From: Symbiopectobacterium sp.
GTDB lineage: Bacteria > Pseudomonadota > Gammaproteobacteria > Enterobacterales > Enterobacteriaceae
Assembly (NCBI GenBank): GCA_051710525.1
Contig: JBPESR010000007.1
Coordinates: 8,994 to 72,993, forward strand
DNA: 64,000 nucleotides
Reading direction: 5' to 3'
Below the pieces are notes generated by a model. That model was not told the origin of the DNA, ran no database searches, and saw only the letters and a program-made list of their open reading frames with translations. The position numbers and the translations under genes are program-made. Below are positions 48,218-61,262 of this stretch, piece by piece. The stretch's first letter is position 1. Each line of letters opens with the position of its first letter.

Positions 48218-49009
48218 TTAGAGCCCAGTCAGCCGTTTTTGTGCCTGCTTGGCGCTTTCGGTATTAGGATATTGGTTGATAACCTGCTGGTAGACAGCCT
48301 TCGCTTTATCCGTCTGCCCCTTTTCCTGCATGATCACCCCAACCTTGAGTAAGGCTTCGGAGCTTTTAGGGGACTTCGGATAATTCTTGACCACGTTCGC
48401 AAAATAGTAAACGGCGTCGTCTTTCTTACCTTTGTTGTAGGTCAACTGACCCAGCCAATAGTTGGCATTTGGCTGGTAAGTTGAATCAGGATATTTTTTG
48501 ACAAATACCTGAAAAGCCACAATAGCCTGATCGTACTGCTTTTTCTCTAGCACCAATGCCGCCGCAGTGTTGTAGTCGCTGTTGGCATCACCAGTACTGG
48601 CCGGTGCAGCAGCCGCGCCTGTACCATTGCTGGTGGAGCTGGAGGTAGACGACCCCGTATCCGTTGCTGGCGCTGAAGCCGCCGACGGCGTTGACGAATA
48701 GGAGCCCATGCTATCTATTTGCTGATAGATTTGCTTCTGGCGTTCAATAACCTGATTCAACTGGTACTGATTTTCCTGAATCTGCCCACGAAAACTGTCA
48801 ATATCGCGCTGCGTATCAGAGATAAGCAGCTGAAGTTGAGTTAATAGCTGGCTATGAGCGTTAGAAATACGCTCCATTTGGGTGACACGGTCTTCCACCG
48901 AGCCAGAGCCGACATTACTGATTGGCGCTTGGGCAGTAGCGTCCCAAGGGACCGCTACGCCAACCAATAACGACAGACCTACGAGATGACGTCTGAAGTT
49001 ACTATTCAT
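48218..49009 (-). CDS. cpoB: Cell division coordinator CpoB (YbgF)
   Basis: GSVEDRVTQMER, TPR region with YQPNANYWLG. Confidence 0.95.
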   Translation of the reverse strand: MNSNFRRHLVGLSLLVGVAVPWDATAQAPISNVGSGSVEDRVTQMERISNAHSQLLTQLQLLISDTQRDIDSFRGQIQENQYQLNQVIERQKQIYQQIDSMGSYSSTPSAASAPATDTGSSTSSSTSNGTGAAAAPASTGDANSDYNTAAALVLEKKQYDQAIVAFQVFVKKYPDSTYQPNANYWLGQLTYNKGKKDDAVYYFANVVKNYPKSPKSSEALLKVGVIMQEKGQTDKAKAVYQQVINQYPNTESAKQAQKRLTGL

Positions 49010-49018
49010 GCAATACTC

Positions 49019-49525
49019 TTAGTATACCAGGACCGCACGACGGTTTTTGGACCATGCAGCTTCGTCATGACCCAAAACCGCAGGTTTCTCTTTACCGTAA
49101 GAAACGATAGAGATCTGATCGGAAGAAACACCTTTGCCTTGCAGGTACATCTGAACAGCGTTAGCACGACGTTCACCCAGGGCGATGTTGTATTCCGGCG
49201 TACCGTGTTCATCGGCGTGACCTTCAATAGTCACTTTGTAGGACGGGTTGCTGCGCAGGAAGGAAGCGTGTGCGTCCAGCATCTGAGCGAAGTCAGAACG
49301 GATATCGTACTTATCCAGATCGAAGTATACGATGTTGTTGCGTTGCAGCTCTTTCATTTGCAGGCGAGCCTGCTCAGAAGAAGATATATTGCCGTTTTCA
49401 TAACCGCTGCCTGCAGTACCAACGGTAGACTGGTCATTGCCGTCTTTCTTGTGTGAACTACATGCGGCGATAGCCAGCACAGACAGAGCCAACATCAGGC
49501 CTTTCAGTACATTATTGAATTGCAT
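49019..49525 (-). CDS. pal: Peptidoglycan-associated lipoprotein
   Basis: Lipobox [22 protein letters not shown]. Confidence 0.97.
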   Translation of the reverse strand: MQFNNVLKGLMLALSVLAIAACSSHKKDGNDQSTVGTAGSGYENGNISSSEQARLQMKELQRNNIVYFDLDKYDIRSDFAQMLDAHASFLRSNPSYKVTIEGHADEHGTPEYNIALGERRANAVQMYLQGKGVSSDQISIVSYGKEKPAVLGHDEAAWSKNRRAVLVY

Positions 49526-49556
49526 CTATTATGTCCTTTGAAAAAATTATTTATGT

Positions 49557-50855
49557 TTAAAAATACGGCGACCAGGCAGGGAATTTAACCTGTCCATCAG
49601 TTGCCGGAAAACGCGCTTTGAAACGTCCGTCAGTAGACACCAGTTGCAGTACTGAGCCCAGCCCTTGTTTAGAGCTGTAAATCACCATCGTGCCGTTCGG
49701 TGCGATACTCGGCGTTTCGTCTAGATAGGTGCCAGTAATTACTTGAATGGCCCCCGTCACTAGATCTTGTGTAGCAATATGTTGAGTGCCACCGGTGGAG
49801 CTCACCATCACTAGCATTTTGCCATCGCCACTGACTTCTGAGTCCTGATTCTGCGCACCTTCCCAGGTGATACGCTGCGGAGGCCCGCCATTGATGTTGA
49901 TTTTGTAGACTTGCGGACGTCCAGCCTGATCCGAAGTATATGCCAAAGTTTGGCTGTCGGGGAACCAGGTTGGCTCAGTATTGTTGCTGCGACCATCCGT
50001 CACTTGACGGATCTGACCGGAGCCGATGTCCATGACATACAGGTTCAGGCTGCCGCTTTTGGAAAGTGCAAAAGCCAATTTGTTACCATCAGGGGAAAAC
50101 GCCGGAGCACCGTTGTGACGCGGGAAGGACGCAACCTGAAAGATTGCACCATTGGCCAACGTTTGAATCACCAGCGCAGAACGACCGCTTTCAAAGGAAA
50201 CGTATGCCACTTTGCTGCCATCCGGCGACCAGGCCGGTGACATCAGCGGTTCCGGAGAACGGTGCACTACAAACTGGTTGTAGCCATCGTAATCAGATAC
50301 GCGCAGTTCGTAAGGGAACTGACCGCCGTTGGTCTGCACCACATAGGCGATACGGGTACGGAAGGCACCTTTGATACCAGTTAGCTTCTGGAACACTTCA
50401 TCACTGGCAGTATGCGCGGCATAGCGCAGCCATTGCTTGGTGACCTTGAACTGGTTTTGCTCCAATACGTTGCCTGGGTTACCCGAGGTATCAACCAGTT
50501 GATAAGAGATCACGTAACTACCGTCCGCACCGGGCTGAACCTGGCCAACGATGACAGAGTCAATCCCCAGTGCCGTCCAGGCAGCAGGCGTGACTTCCGA
50601 GGCAGAACCCGGCTGCTGCGGCATACGGCTGGGATCGATCGGATCGAATTTACCGCTGTTGCGTAGATCCGCAACAACGATACCGCCAATATCTTCATCT
50701 TCCGGCGCTACGCCACCGCCAGCCCACTTGAACGGAACCACGGCGATAGGACGTGCGGAGTCAACCCCTTGGGTAATCTCGATACGCACTTCGGCGTGTA
50801 GCGCTGTGACCCACAGCATTAAAAAACCTAGTGCAACTTTACATGCCTGCTTCAT
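49557..50855 (-). CDS. tolB: Tol-Pal periplasmic protein TolB
   Basis: [23 protein letters not shown]40-like repeats; in-frame 6-bp duplication at 50691-50702. Confidence 0.97.
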   Translation of the reverse strand: MKQACKVALGFLMLWVTALHAEVRIEITQGVDSARPIAVVPFKWAGGGVAPEDEDIGGIVVADLRNSGKFDPIDPSRMPQQPGSASEVTPAAWTALGIDSVIVGQVQPGADGSYVISYQLVDTSGNPGNVLEQNQFKVTKQWLRYAAHTASDEVFQKLTGIKGAFRTRIAYVVQTNGGQFPYELRVSDYDGYNQFVVHRSPEPLMSPAWSPDGSKVAYVSFESGRSALVIQTLANGAIFQVASFPRHNGAPAFSPDGNKLAFALSKSGSLNLYVMDIGSGQIRQVTDGRSNNTEPTWFPDSQTLAYTSDQAGRPQVYKININGGPPQRITWEGAQNQDSEVSGDGKMLVMVSSTGGTQHIATQDLVTGAIQVITGTYLDETPSIAPNGTMVIYSSKQGLGSVLQLVSTDGRFKARFPATDGQVKFPAWSPYF

Positions 50856-51011
50856 TTTATCTTATCTCCCTTATCCAGAGGTATCGCCTCGGATAAATTA
50901 TCAGAATTTTAACAAACCGGTATCACCAAAACACAATACCCGTGGATTGTGCTATCATACTTGTCCTAAAGGTGCCATGCGGCACCGTTAGCATCGTACT
51001 TCACGCCACGA

Positions 51012-51977
51012 TTATTGCGGTTTAAAATCAATCGGTGCGTTTTTAAAAGCTTCATACACATCCGTGCTTGGCGGCTTCGGTATTCTTGCCTGCTTGGCTG
51101 CGGCAATCGCTGCCTGACACAGTGCCGGATCGCCACTTTCCGCTTCAACGGAAACGAGCAGACCGTCCGGTGCCAGCTTGATGCGCAATGTACAGGTTTT
51201 ACCCCGATAAAGCTGCCAGTCATAGAATTTACTCTGGATCTCCGCGCGCATTTGGCCGCTATAACTGTCCAGAGCGGCACCTGAGGCACCGCTCTTTTTC
51301 GCCGCGTTGGCACCGGCTGGCGCATCGCCACCTGATTTAGGCGCGTTTTTCGACGACGCCAAACCACTGAGCAGATCGTCAACGGAATCAGACTGTGCAG
51401 CGGCTTCTGCGGCGGCTTTTTTATCCGCAGCCGCCTTGGCTTTTGCGTCTGCTGCGGCTTTGGCTTTCGCATCAGCTACCGCTTTGGCCTTCGCTTCTTC
51501 TTCAGCCTGCTTTTTCGCGGTAACAGCTGCCTGTTTCTTCACTGCTTCTTCAGCTTTTTTCTTCGAGTCAGCGGCTGCTTTGGCTTGTTGTTCAGCTTCG
51601 GCTTTAGCCTTCGCGGCAGCAGCTTCTGCCTGCTTACGCTGTTCGGCCTGCTCTTGCGCCTGCTGCTTGGCGTCCTCTTGCGCTTGAAGACGTTCTTTCT
51701 CAAGCTCTTTTAAACGCTGTTGCTCAGCAGCCTGCTTTTGCTGCAACTCTTCATGCTGCTGGCGGTTGTACTGTTCAACGACGGCATTGGGATCAACCAT
51801 TACCGCATCGATTGCCGAGCTGCCACCGCCGCCGACACTGGCATCCATAGAGACACTGGCATCCATAGAGAAGTGGAATGAGCTCCACACCAACAAAGCA
51901 ATCAGTATGATGTGCAAAACGGCCGAGACAATAATGGCACGTTTCAACTTATCAGGTTTTTCGGTGGCCTTTAGCAC
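51012..51977 (-). CDS. tolA: TolA (about 321 aa, shortened helical domain)
   Basis: KLKRAIIVSAVLH, IDAVMVDP, Ala/Lys repeats; in-frame 18-bp duplication at 51834-51869; GTG start inferred. Confidence 0.92.
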   Translation of the reverse strand: MLKATEKPDKLKRAIIVSAVLHIILIALLVWSSFHFSMDASVSMDASVGGGGSSAIDAVMVDPNAVVEQYNRQQHEELQQKQAAEQQRLKELEKERLQAQEDAKQQAQEQAEQRKQAEAAAAKAKAEAEQQAKAAADSKKKAEEAVKKQAAVTAKKQAEEEAKAKAVADAKAKAAADAKAKAAADKKAAAEAAAQSDSVDDLLSGLASSKNAPKSGGDAPAGANAAKKSGASGAALDSYSGQMRAEIQSKFYDWQLYRGKTCTLRIKLAPDGLLVSVEAESGDPALCQAAIAAAKQARIPKPPSTDVYEAFKNAPIDFKPQ

Positions 51978-52055
51978 AATCGGTTCCCCAAATACTGTAT
52001 TGCCGTAATAAACGATTGCCAGAAAAAACATCACGCTTTGACTGCAACACATTGA

Positions 52056-52478
52056 TTATATAGGATCAGTCATCAGACCTACTGATTTGACCCCAGCTTG
52101 TCGCAGCAAGTTTAGCGCTTTGATAATCTCATCATAAGGCACGTCTTTCGCGCCCCCGATCAGAAACACTGACTTGAGGTTTTCAGCCATACGCGCCTGG
52201 GCTTCCGCCACAATCTGCTCAGCGGGAAGTTGTTCCATCCGCTTTTGTTCAATAACCAGACTGTACTGACCAACGCCAGACACTTCGACAATCACCGGTG
52301 GATTATCCTTGCTGGAGACGGTTTTAGAATCTGTCGCATCAGGCAAATCCACTTCCACGCTCTGTGTGATGATGGGGGCCGTTGCCATGAAGATCAGCAA
52401 CAACACCAGCAGCACGTCCAGTAATGGAACGATGTTAATTTCGGATTTTAGATCCCGGCGCCCACGTGAACGAGCCAT
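52056..52478 (-). CDS. tolR: TolR
   Basis: EINIVPLLDVLLVLLLIFM. Confidence 0.97.
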   Translation of the reverse strand: MARSRGRRDLKSEINIVPLLDVLLVLLLIFMATAPIITQSVEVDLPDATDSKTVSSKDNPPVIVEVSGVGQYSLVIEQKRMEQLPAEQIVAEAQARMAENLKSVFLIGGAKDVPYDEIIKALNLLRQAGVKSVGLMTDPI

Positions 52479-52490
52479 GCTGCCTCCTGA

Positions 52491-53571
<1,081 letters not shown>

Positions 53572-53700
53572 TTTACATCCCGGTAACACAACGAAACACC
53601 GCTACTATACTACGCAAGAGAAATAAGGTTTGAAATGGGTTGCTTAGAGGGAAATAAAATATCATGGGTTGGCTACAACCTATAACCAAACGGAATAGAA

Positions 53701-53827
53701 CATACCCGCCCTACTTCAAGCTGCAGATGCGTTGGCTACGCTTACTCACCCGAATCACTTACCTAAGTAAGTTCACCGGGATTCGCTCTCTTTCCACTTT
53801 CTTACAACTCGAATTATTTAGGGTAAA
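53701..53827. repeat. ERIC element (127 bp)
   Basis: Minus strand tttaccctaaataattcgagttg...gtaagtga...gcagcttgaag..gggtatg matches the ERIC architecture. Confidence 0.85.
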
Positions 53828-53829
53828 TA

Positions 53830-54123
53830 CTAGCGAAAGAAGTAAATGAACCCTGCGAGCAGGATCACAAAGGCAGGAAAAGGCGCAAAATCACGCGCCA
53901 CAGCAAGCGTTGCTGGCGAAACCCTACCCCGTATATCACACCGGTACAAACGGCCCATAACAGAAACGGGCCTTGCCACACTTCCAACGCGCTGGTGCGT
54001 GCAGCAAAAGCGTGTCGGGTCCCACATCACACAGCCTGCCATCAGCAACGCCATGAGCAGGACAAGAACCCGTAACGGGCCCTTGTCCATCAGTTGGTAG
54101 AGTTTATCAACCAGACTGCTCAT
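53830..54123 (-). pseudogene. ybgE: YbgE; full length, but the central ~39 codons are read out of frame
   Basis: MDKGPLR..WDPTRF; +1 and -1 in T runs; native sequence WAVCTGVIYGVGFR lies in another frame. Confidence 0.75.
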
Positions 54124-54242
54124 TGCGCGTTATCTTCTGCCGCTTTCGCTTTAGTTGCCTCGCTCTGCTCTAGCGCCAGAGCGGTAATAATCCCCAGCGA
54201 GCAAGCAAGAAGAGTTCCGAGTATCCAGGCAAAATACCACAT
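54120..54242 (-). CDS. cydX: Cytochrome bd-I small subunit
   Basis: MWYFAWILGTLLACSLGIITALALE; 40 aa; not in the supplied ORF track. Confidence 0.92.
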   Translation of the reverse strand: MWYFAWILGTLLACSLGIITALALEQSEATKAKAAEDNAQ

Positions 54243-54257
54243 CATTAAGCTCCTTAC

Positions 54258-55397
54258 TTAGTACAGAGAGTGGGTGTTCTGTTCAACATGCTCTTTGGTA
54301 ATGCGACCGAACATTTTGTAGTAACACCATGCCGTATAAGAGAGCACGCTGGGTACAAAAATAATGGCGGCGATCGTCATCACTTTCAGCGTGTACAGGC
54401 TTGAGGTGGCATCCCACATGGTCAGACTCACGTTCGGTTGCGTGATGGAAGGCATCACAAACGGGAACATGGCAACCCCAGCGGTCAGGATAACGCAGGC
54501 GATAGTCAGCGAACTGAACAGGAAAGCCAGGCCGCCCTTGTTCGCACGTGCCGTCGCGATAGTCAGCAGTGGCAGCACCACGCCTATCAATGGGATAGCC
54601 CACAGCACCGGATGCGCAGTGAAGTTAGCTAGCCAGGCCCCGGCCTGATGCGCCACTTCTTTGTGCAGCGGGTTAGAATCAGCCGCCTTGTCCAACACGG
54701 AGGTAATGGTAAAACCATCAATACCGTAGATCACCCACACGCCGGCCAACGCAAAGGTAACCATCATCACTAACGCCGACAGTTGAGCCGCATCTTTCGA
54801 GCGCACATACAGATCGCCATTGGTACGCATCATCAGGTAGGTAGCACCTTGCGCCAGAATCATAGTCAGGCTGACAACGCCTGCCAACAGGCCAAACGGG
54901 TTCAGCAGTTGGAAGAAGTTACCGGTGTAGAACAGGCGCGCATTGGCATCAATATGGAACGATACGCCCTGCAACAGGTTACCGAACGCAACACCAATCA
55001 CCACTGGCGGCACAAAGCTACCGATGAAGATGCCCCAGTCCCACATATTGCGCCAGCGCGCGTCTTCCAGTTTAGAGCGGTAGTCAAAACCGATCGGACG
55101 GAAGAATAGCGATGCCAGCAACAGGATAATTGCGATATAGAAACCGGAGAATGCGGCGGCATACACCATCGGCCAGGCAGCAAATAGTGCCCCGCCCGCG
55201 GTGATCAGCCACACCTGGTTACCGTCCCAGTGCGGAGCGATACTGTTAATCATGATACGGCGTTCTACATCATTACGCCCCATCACGCGCACCAACACGC
55301 CAACCCCCATATCGAAGCCGTCAGTGATAGCAAAACCGATCATCAGCATGCCAATCAACAGCCACCAGATAAAACGTAATACTTCATATTCAAACAT
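54258..55397 (-). CDS. cydB: Cytochrome bd-I subunit II
   Basis: 379 aa, DGFDMGVG, PHWDGNQVWLI. Confidence 0.97.
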   Translation of the reverse strand: MFEYEVLRFIWWLLIGMLMIGFAITDGFDMGVGVLVRVMGRNDVERRIMINSIAPHWDGNQVWLITAGGALFAAWPMVYAAAFSGFYIAIILLLASLFFRPIGFDYRSKLEDARWRNMWDWGIFIGSFVPPVVIGVAFGNLLQGVSFHIDANARLFYTGNFFQLLNPFGLLAGVVSLTMILAQGATYLMMRTNGDLYVRSKDAAQLSALVMMVTFALAGVWVIYGIDGFTITSVLDKAADSNPLHKEVAHQAGAWLANFTAHPVLWAIPLIGVVLPLLTIATARANKGGLAFLFSSLTIACVILTAGVAMFPFVMPSITQPNVSLTMWDATSSLYTLKVMTIAAIIFVPSVLSYTAWCYYKMFGRITKEHVEQNTHSLY

Positions 55398-55410
55398 AGT
55401 GGACTCCTGT

Positions 55411-56979
55411 TTACCTTGCGTCCTGAGTCAGCGTCAACGGGTGTTCAAAGTGGTAACGTCCTGTTTTCAAGCTGCTTGGGCCGAGGCGAGCGAATTTGAA
55501 CATCAGATACATTTCGGCGACCAGGAACAGAGTATACAAACCACAGATCAAGCCCATCGATAGCAGAATGTCACCTGCCGTCAGCGAAGAGTTCGCCACC
55601 GCCGTGGGCAGCACTTCACCGATAGCCCACGGTTGGCGACCGTACTCGGCAACAAACCAACCAGCTTCAACCGCAATCCACGGTAACGGAATACCGAACA
55701 AGGCAGCACGCAATAGCAGCTTGTTTTTACCGATACGGTTTCTGATAATGCTCCAGAACGACAGGCCGATAATCAGCAGCATCAGCACGCTACAGGCCAC
55801 CATGATGCGGAACGAGAAGTAAAGCGGCGCAACGCGAGGAATAGAGTCCTTAGTTGCCTGCTGAATTTGCGCTTCAGTCGCATTAGCAACGTCCGCGGTG
55901 TAACGTTTGAGCAGCATGCCGTAACCCAGATCCTGTTTGGACTGGTTAAAGGCTTCACGCACAGCCGGATCGGTATTACCCGCGCACAACTGCTCCAGCA
56001 ACTCATACGCTTTCATGCCGTTGCGAATACGTACCTGGTGACTATCCATCAGTTCACGCAGCCCCAGTACCACGCCGTCCGTCGAACGCGTGGCAATAAG
56101 CCCCAGCATAAACGGAATGTGCACAGCGAACGAGTTCTCCATTCTCTCCTGATTGGGAATGGCGAACAGCGTAAAGCTGGCAGGTGCCGGTTGGGTTTCC
56201 CACTCGGCTTCAATCGCGGCCAGTTTGGTTTTTTGTACGTCGCCAATTTCATAACCGGATTCATCACCCAGTACGATAACTGACAGCACAGCTGCGGTGC
56301 CGAAGCTGGCAGCAATGGCAAATGAGCGTTTGGCAAAGGCCAAATCACGGCCCTTAAGCAGATAGTAAGCACTGATGCCCAGAATGAACATGGCACCCGT
56401 GGTGTAACCGGCAGCGACAGTATGAACGAACTTCACCTGCGCAACCGGGTTCAACACCAGCTGTGAGAAGCTCACCATTTCCATACGCATGGTTTCAAAA
56501 TTGAATTCAGAAGCGATGGGATTTTGCATCCAGCCGTTTGCAACCAGAATCCACAGCGCGGAGAAGTTAGACCCCAACGCCACGAACCATGTCACGGCCA
56601 TGTGTTGCACTTTGCCCAGGCGATCCCAGCCAAAGAAGAACAAGCCAACAAACGTTGATTCGAGGAAGAACGCCATCAGGCCTTCGATAGCCAGCGGCGC
56701 GCCAAAAATGTCCCCGACATAGTGGGAGAAATAGGACCAGTTAGTACCGAACTGGAACTCCATGGTCAGCCCGGTGGCCACGCCCAGCGCAAAGTTAATA
56801 CCAAACAACTTGCCCCAGAACTTGGTCATATCCTTGTAGATTTGTTTGCCAGTCAACACATAGACCGTTTCCATAATCGCCAACAAAAACGCCATCCCCA
56901 GCGTTAATGGTACGAAAAGGAAATGGTACATCGCGGTTAAGGCAAACTGTAAACGTGACAGTTCGACTATATCAAACAT
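55411..56979 (-). CDS. cydA: Cytochrome bd-I subunit I
   Basis: 522 aa from [13 protein letters not shown]; GRQPW. Confidence 0.97.
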   Translation of the reverse strand: MFDIVELSRLQFALTAMYHFLFVPLTLGMAFLLAIMETVYVLTGKQIYKDMTKFWGKLFGINFALGVATGLTMEFQFGTNWSYFSHYVGDIFGAPLAIEGLMAFFLESTFVGLFFFGWDRLGKVQHMAVTWFVALGSNFSALWILVANGWMQNPIASEFNFETMRMEMVSFSQLVLNPVAQVKFVHTVAAGYTTGAMFILGISAYYLLKGRDLAFAKRSFAIAASFGTAAVLSVIVLGDESGYEIGDVQKTKLAAIEAEWETQPAPASFTLFAIPNQERMENSFAVHIPFMLGLIATRSTDGVVLGLRELMDSHQVRIRNGMKAYELLEQLCAGNTDPAVREAFNQSKQDLGYGMLLKRYTADVANATEAQIQQATKDSIPRVAPLYFSFRIMVACSVLMLLIIGLSFWSIIRNRIGKNKLLLRAALFGIPLPWIAVEAGWFVAEYGRQPWAIGEVLPTAVANSSLTAGDILLSMGLICGLYTLFLVAEMYLMFKFARLGPSSLKTGRYHFEHPLTLTQDAR

Positions 56980-57421
56980 CTTGACTCCTTGCTCCTCGCA
57001 GGAAGGTGTTAGCATTTACAACAAGCCGCTAAAACCCAAAAAGAACACAACAGAAAATTGCTTCAGCACCGGCTTTTATAAACAGCGAGAGTTCACCGTT
57101 AAACCAATAACACGCCAAAGAAAACATGTTAAAAATAGCTAAAAACGATACCACAAACAGGGTAGCGGCTATATTATGCCTATAATCCCCTACAGCTATA
57201 TTATGCCTATAATCCCTTACAATAAATAGGTTTTTACGTGACACAGATTGTGTTTTTGGTTTCAAACCAACTTTCCCCTTTCGGAGCACCTTTGGTGAAA
57301 ATTGATGTGGCCAATTTAAGCGTATTTCTCCATTGATAGCCAGCTTCAGATTTTGATCTGACGCAAATAGCACGCTCAATGTTAATTTCTGGTTTACCAG
57401 GTTTTCGCCATACGATTATTT

Positions 57422-57436
57422 GTTAAATAAATGTAG
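57422..57436. promoter_or_regulatory. Possible ArcA box in the cydA upstream region
   Basis: gttaaataaatgtag resembles GTTAATTAAATGTTA; cydAB is ArcA-regulated in enterobacteria. Confidence 0.35.
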
Positions 57437-57647
57437 AATAGACTTAACAATAACATCAATTAGCAAACTAATTTTTGACTTGCTCACGCAGATTTAATTT
57501 AACGCACTATCAAGTGTAGATGATTTAATCATAACCATATTGTTTAAATTGTTAATTTAATATTGCCATGGTTAATATATTGAGCGGTGAGTTAATAACG
57601 GTTCTTAATTATTTTTTGTTTTCATCTTTTATTACTGTACCGACAAT

Positions 57648-57673
57648 AAAAAAGGACCATCCAAAGATGGCCC
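57648..57673 (-). terminator. Probable terminator after sucD
   Basis: ggaccatc-caaa-gatggccc stem next to an A6 run. Confidence 0.5.
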
Positions 57674-57796
57674 CCAGACTGCTGGCAAATCACTTTACCC
57701 TCGTCATCCTCGGCGAAAGCTGACGATGGCTAGCATATGTCACTCTTGTTTAATAAGGTCGGTTCATCAGCAGCAACTCACGCGTATGGTAAGGCG

Positions 57797-58669
57797 CTAA
57801 CGCGCCAACACAGCTTTCACGGCATCGCCGATATCCGCCAGGCTGCGGACCGTTTTCACGCCAGCCGCTTCCAGCGCCACGAATTTATCATCCGCCGTAC
57901 CTTTACCACCCGCAATGATGGCACCTGCATGGCCCATGCGTTTGCCCTTCGGTGCCGTCACACCGGCGATGTATCCTACCACCGGTTTGGTTATATGCGC
58001 TTTGATATAGGCTGCCGCTTCCTCTTCCGCCGTACCACCGATTTCACCGATCATCACGATGGCCTCGGTTTGTGGATCCTGTTCGAACAACGCCAGAATA
58101 TCGATAAAGTTGGAACCCGGAATCGGGTCACCGCCGATACCAACACAGCTTGACTGACCAAGCCCGGTGTCGGTGGTCTGTTTCACCGCTTCGTAGGTCA
58201 GCGTTCCTGAACGAGAAACGATCCCCACCTTGCCCGGTTTGTGAATATGGCCGGGCATAATGCCAATTATGCACTCACCGGGAGTGATAACACCCGGACA
58301 GTTAGGCCCAATCATCCGCACGCCGCTTTGTTCCAGCTTCACCTTCACGGTCAACATATCCAGCGTCGGGATACCTTCAGTGATACAGATGACCAGTTCA
58401 ATTCCCGCATCAATCGATTCCAGAATCGAGTCTTTGCAAAACGGTGCCGGGACGTAAATAACCGAAGCCGTCGCGCCGGTCGCTTCCACCGCTTCGCGCA
58501 CGGTATTAAACACCGGTAAGCCCAAATGTTCTGTGCCGCCCTTCCCGGGCGTCACGCCTCCCACGAGCTTGGTACCGTAAGCGAGTGCTTGCTCAGAGTG
58601 GAAGGTGCCTTGGCTGCCGGTGAATCCCTGGCAAATGACTTTAGTGTGCTTATCAATCAGAATAGACAT
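57797..58669 (-). CDS. sucD: Succinyl-CoA synthetase alpha subunit
   Basis: 290 aa, [11 protein letters not shown]. Confidence 0.98.
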   Translation of the reverse strand: MSILIDKHTKVICQGFTGSQGTFHSEQALAYGTKLVGGVTPGKGGTEHLGLPVFNTVREAVEATGATASVIYVPAPFCKDSILESIDAGIELVICITEGIPTLDMLTVKVKLEQSGVRMIGPNCPGVITPGECIIGIMPGHIHKPGKVGIVSRSGTLTYEAVKQTTDTGLGQSSCVGIGGDPIPGSNFIDILALFEQDPQTEAIVMIGEIGGTAEEEAAAYIKAHITKPVVGYIAGVTAPKGKRMGHAGAIIAGGKGTADDKFVALEAAGVKTVRSLADIGDAVKAVLAR

Positions 58670-59835
58670 TATTTACCCTCCGCTGCCTTCACAACCTGCT
58701 GAGCTGCATCTGTCAAACTGGTGGCGGCAATGATGTTCAGGCCGCTGTCTGCCAGTTTCTTGGCACCCAGTTCCGCATTGTTTCCTTCCAGGCGCACCAC
58801 AACAGGTACGTCAACGCCCAGTTCGGCTACCGCACCGATGATACCGTCAGCAATCAGATCACAGCGCACGATACCGCCAAAGATATTGACCAGTACCGTT
58901 TTCACGGTATCGTCGGAGAGAATGATTTTAAAGGCTTCGGTCACACGCTCTTTGGTTGCACCACCCCCCACATCCAGGAAGTTGGCCGGCGCTCCGCCAT
59001 GCAGCTTGACGATGTCCATGGTGCCCATGGCGAGACCCGCACCGTTCATTATGCAACCAATGTTGCCATCGAGCGCCACATAGTTCAGTTCCCACTGTGC
59101 GGCATGCGCTTCGCGAGAATCTTCCTGGCTCTGATCGCACATTTCGCGCAGCTCCGGCTGGTGGAACAGCGCATTGCCGTCAGCTCCGAGTTTACCGTCC
59201 AGACAGACCAGATCGCCCTGCTTGGTGATCACCAGCGGATTAATCTCCACCAGTGCCAGATCACGTTCGAGGAACAGGGTCGCCAGACCCATGAAAATCT
59301 TGGTGAACTGTGCCACTTGCTTGCCGCTCAGCCCCAGTTTAAAGGCCAACTCACGCCCCTGATAAGGCTGTGGGCCGGTCAATGGGTCGAGCGCGGCTTT
59401 ATGAATCAGTTCCGGCGTCTCTTCCGCCACTTTTTCAATTTCAACCCCACCTTCGGTCGAGGCTATAAACACCACACGACACGTAGCGCAATCGACCACG
59501 GCACCGAGGTAGAGTTCTTGATCGATGTCGGTTGCAGCTTCCACCAGAATCTGATGCACAGGCTGGCCTTGCGCATCCGTTTGGTAGGTAACCAAACGTT
59601 TACCCAGCCAATTTTCCGCAAACGCGCGAATATCTTCTTTGCTGCTCACTACTTTTACGCCGCCCGCTTTACCGCGGCCACCCGCATGTACCTGGCATTT
59701 CACTACCCACGGACCGGCACCAATTTTCGAGGCAGCCTCTTCTGCTTCGCAGGGCGTGGTGCAGGCATAACCGGTCGGCGCCGGCAGGCCATATCGAGCA
59801 AAGAGCTGTTTTGCCTGATATTCATGTAAATTCAT
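58669..59835 (-). CDS. sucC: Succinyl-CoA synthetase beta subunit
   Basis: 388 aa, [20 protein letters not shown]. Confidence 0.98.
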   Translation of the reverse strand: MNLHEYQAKQLFARYGLPAPTGYACTTPCEAEEAASKIGAGPWVVKCQVHAGGRGKAGGVKVVSSKEDIRAFAENWLGKRLVTYQTDAQGQPVHQILVEAATDIDQELYLGAVVDCATCRVVFIASTEGGVEIEKVAEETPELIHKAALDPLTGPQPYQGRELAFKLGLSGKQVAQFTKIFMGLATLFLERDLALVEINPLVITKQGDLVCLDGKLGADGNALFHQPELREMCDQSQEDSREAHAAQWELNYVALDGNIGCIMNGAGLAMGTMDIVKLHGGAPANFLDVGGGATKERVTEAFKIILSDDTVKTVLVNIFGGIVRCDLIADGIIGAVAELGVDVPVVVRLEGNNAELGAKKLADSGLNIIAATSLTDAAQQVVKAAEGK

Positions 59836-59918
59836 GATGTTCTATCCATCTCGGTTTGAAGATAAGTCGCATGACTTTCTTGATATTATTGGATAACGCC
59901 GCCAAGGGCGGCTGCATA

Positions 59919-59980
59919 GCACAAAGAATACCTTTACCGCACAAAGAATACCTTTACCGGCACAAAGAATACCTTTTACC
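59919..59980. repeat. Three copies of a ~20-bp unit in the sucB-sucC spacer
   Basis: gcacaaagaatacctttacc x3; the third copy is slightly altered. Confidence 0.9.
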
Positions 59981-60026
59981 GTATGACCGCCGCTCGGCAG
60001 GCGGCGGCAGTCTACGCCATCACGCG

Positions 60027-61247
60027 CTATACATCGAGCAGCAGGCGTGTTGGATCTTCCAGCATCTCTTTTACCGTGACCAAAAAACCCACGGATTCAC
60101 GACCATCGATCAACCGGTGATCGTAAGAAAGCGCCAGATAGATCATCGGCAGAATCACCACCTGACCATCCACGGCCATCGGTCTGTCTTTAATGGCATG
60201 CACGCCCAGAATCGCACTCTGTGGCGGGTTGATTATGGGGGTGGACATCAGGGAGCCGAACACGCCACCGTTGGTAATAGTAAAATTACCGCCGGTCAGT
60301 TCTTCTACCGTCAGCTTGCCGTCTAGCCCTTTTACTGCGAACTCTTTGATTTTCTTCTCAACGTCAGCCATGCCTAACGCATCAACATCGTGTAGCACTG
60401 GCGTAACCAGACCGCGCGGCGTGGAGACGGCTATACTGACATCAAAATAGTTGTGGTATACCACATCTTCGCCGTCGATGGATGCATTCACCTCAGGATA
60501 GCGTTTCAGCGCTTCCACCACGGCTTTGATGTAGAACGACATAAAGCCCAGACGCACGCCGTGGCGTTTTTCAAACGCTTCGCCGTACTGCTTACGCAGA
60601 TCCATAATCGGTTTCATATTAACTTCGTTAAAGGTCGTCAACATGGCGGTACTATTTTTCGCTTCGAGCAGGCGTTCAGCAACCCGCTTACGCAGGCGCG
60701 TCATTGGCACGCGTTTTTCGCTGCGATGAGCCAACGCCGGTGCAGCATCTGCGGCTTTCTCTGCTTTTTTGTCGCTGCCGCTGGCAGCCTGCGCTGCCAG
60801 ATGTTTTTTGACATCTTCACGCGTGATACGACCACCCACACCACTGCCTTTAATCGCAGCCGTATCCAGACCGTGCTCACCGATCAGGCGACGAATCGCC
60901 GGACTGAGCGCGTCGCTGTTCTCTTCGGTCAACCCTGCGGTATGACGCTCGGTAGGCGTAGACTCTTTGCTCTGCGCTTTTTCGCTGGTTTCCTTGCCGG
61001 AGCTATCGCCACGGCGCAGACGCCCAAGAATTTGGCGCGATGTCACCGTAGCGCCTTCGTTTTCCAGCACGGCATCTAGCATACCCGCTTCTGGTGAAGG
61101 CACTTCCAACACCACTTTATCCGTTTCAATTTCGACCAACACTTCATCATGCTGGACGCTGTCACCCGGCTTTTTGTGCCAGGTCACCACGGAAGCATCA
61201 GCTACCGATTCGGGAAGGTCAGGGACAAGAATATCTACGCTACTCAT
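60027..61247 (-). CDS. sucB: 2-oxoglutarate dehydrogenase E2
   Basis: Lipoyl motif [16 protein letters not shown]. Confidence 0.98.
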   Translation of the reverse strand: MSSVDILVPDLPESVADASVVTWHKKPGDSVQHDEVLVEIETDKVVLEVPSPEAGMLDAVLENEGATVTSRQILGRLRRGDSSGKETSEKAQSKESTPTERHTAGLTEENSDALSPAIRRLIGEHGLDTAAIKGSGVGGRITREDVKKHLAAQAASGSDKKAEKAADAAPALAHRSEKRVPMTRLRKRVAERLLEAKNSTAMLTTFNEVNMKPIMDLRKQYGEAFEKRHGVRLGFMSFYIKAVVEALKRYPEVNASIDGEDVVYHNYFDVSIAVSTPRGLVTPVLHDVDALGMADVEKKIKEFAVKGLDGKLTVEELTGGNFTITNGGVFGSLMSTPIINPPQSAILGVHAIKDRPMAVDGQVVILPMIYLALSYDHRLIDGRESVGFLVTVKEMLEDPTRLLLDV

Positions 61248-61262
61248 TATCTATCCTTTTAT

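Noticed and set aside
51300-51760. Ala/Lys-rich repeats in tolA as products of the duplication process
   Set aside because: These are the normal TolA domain II helical repeats; only 51834-51869 is a new exact duplication.
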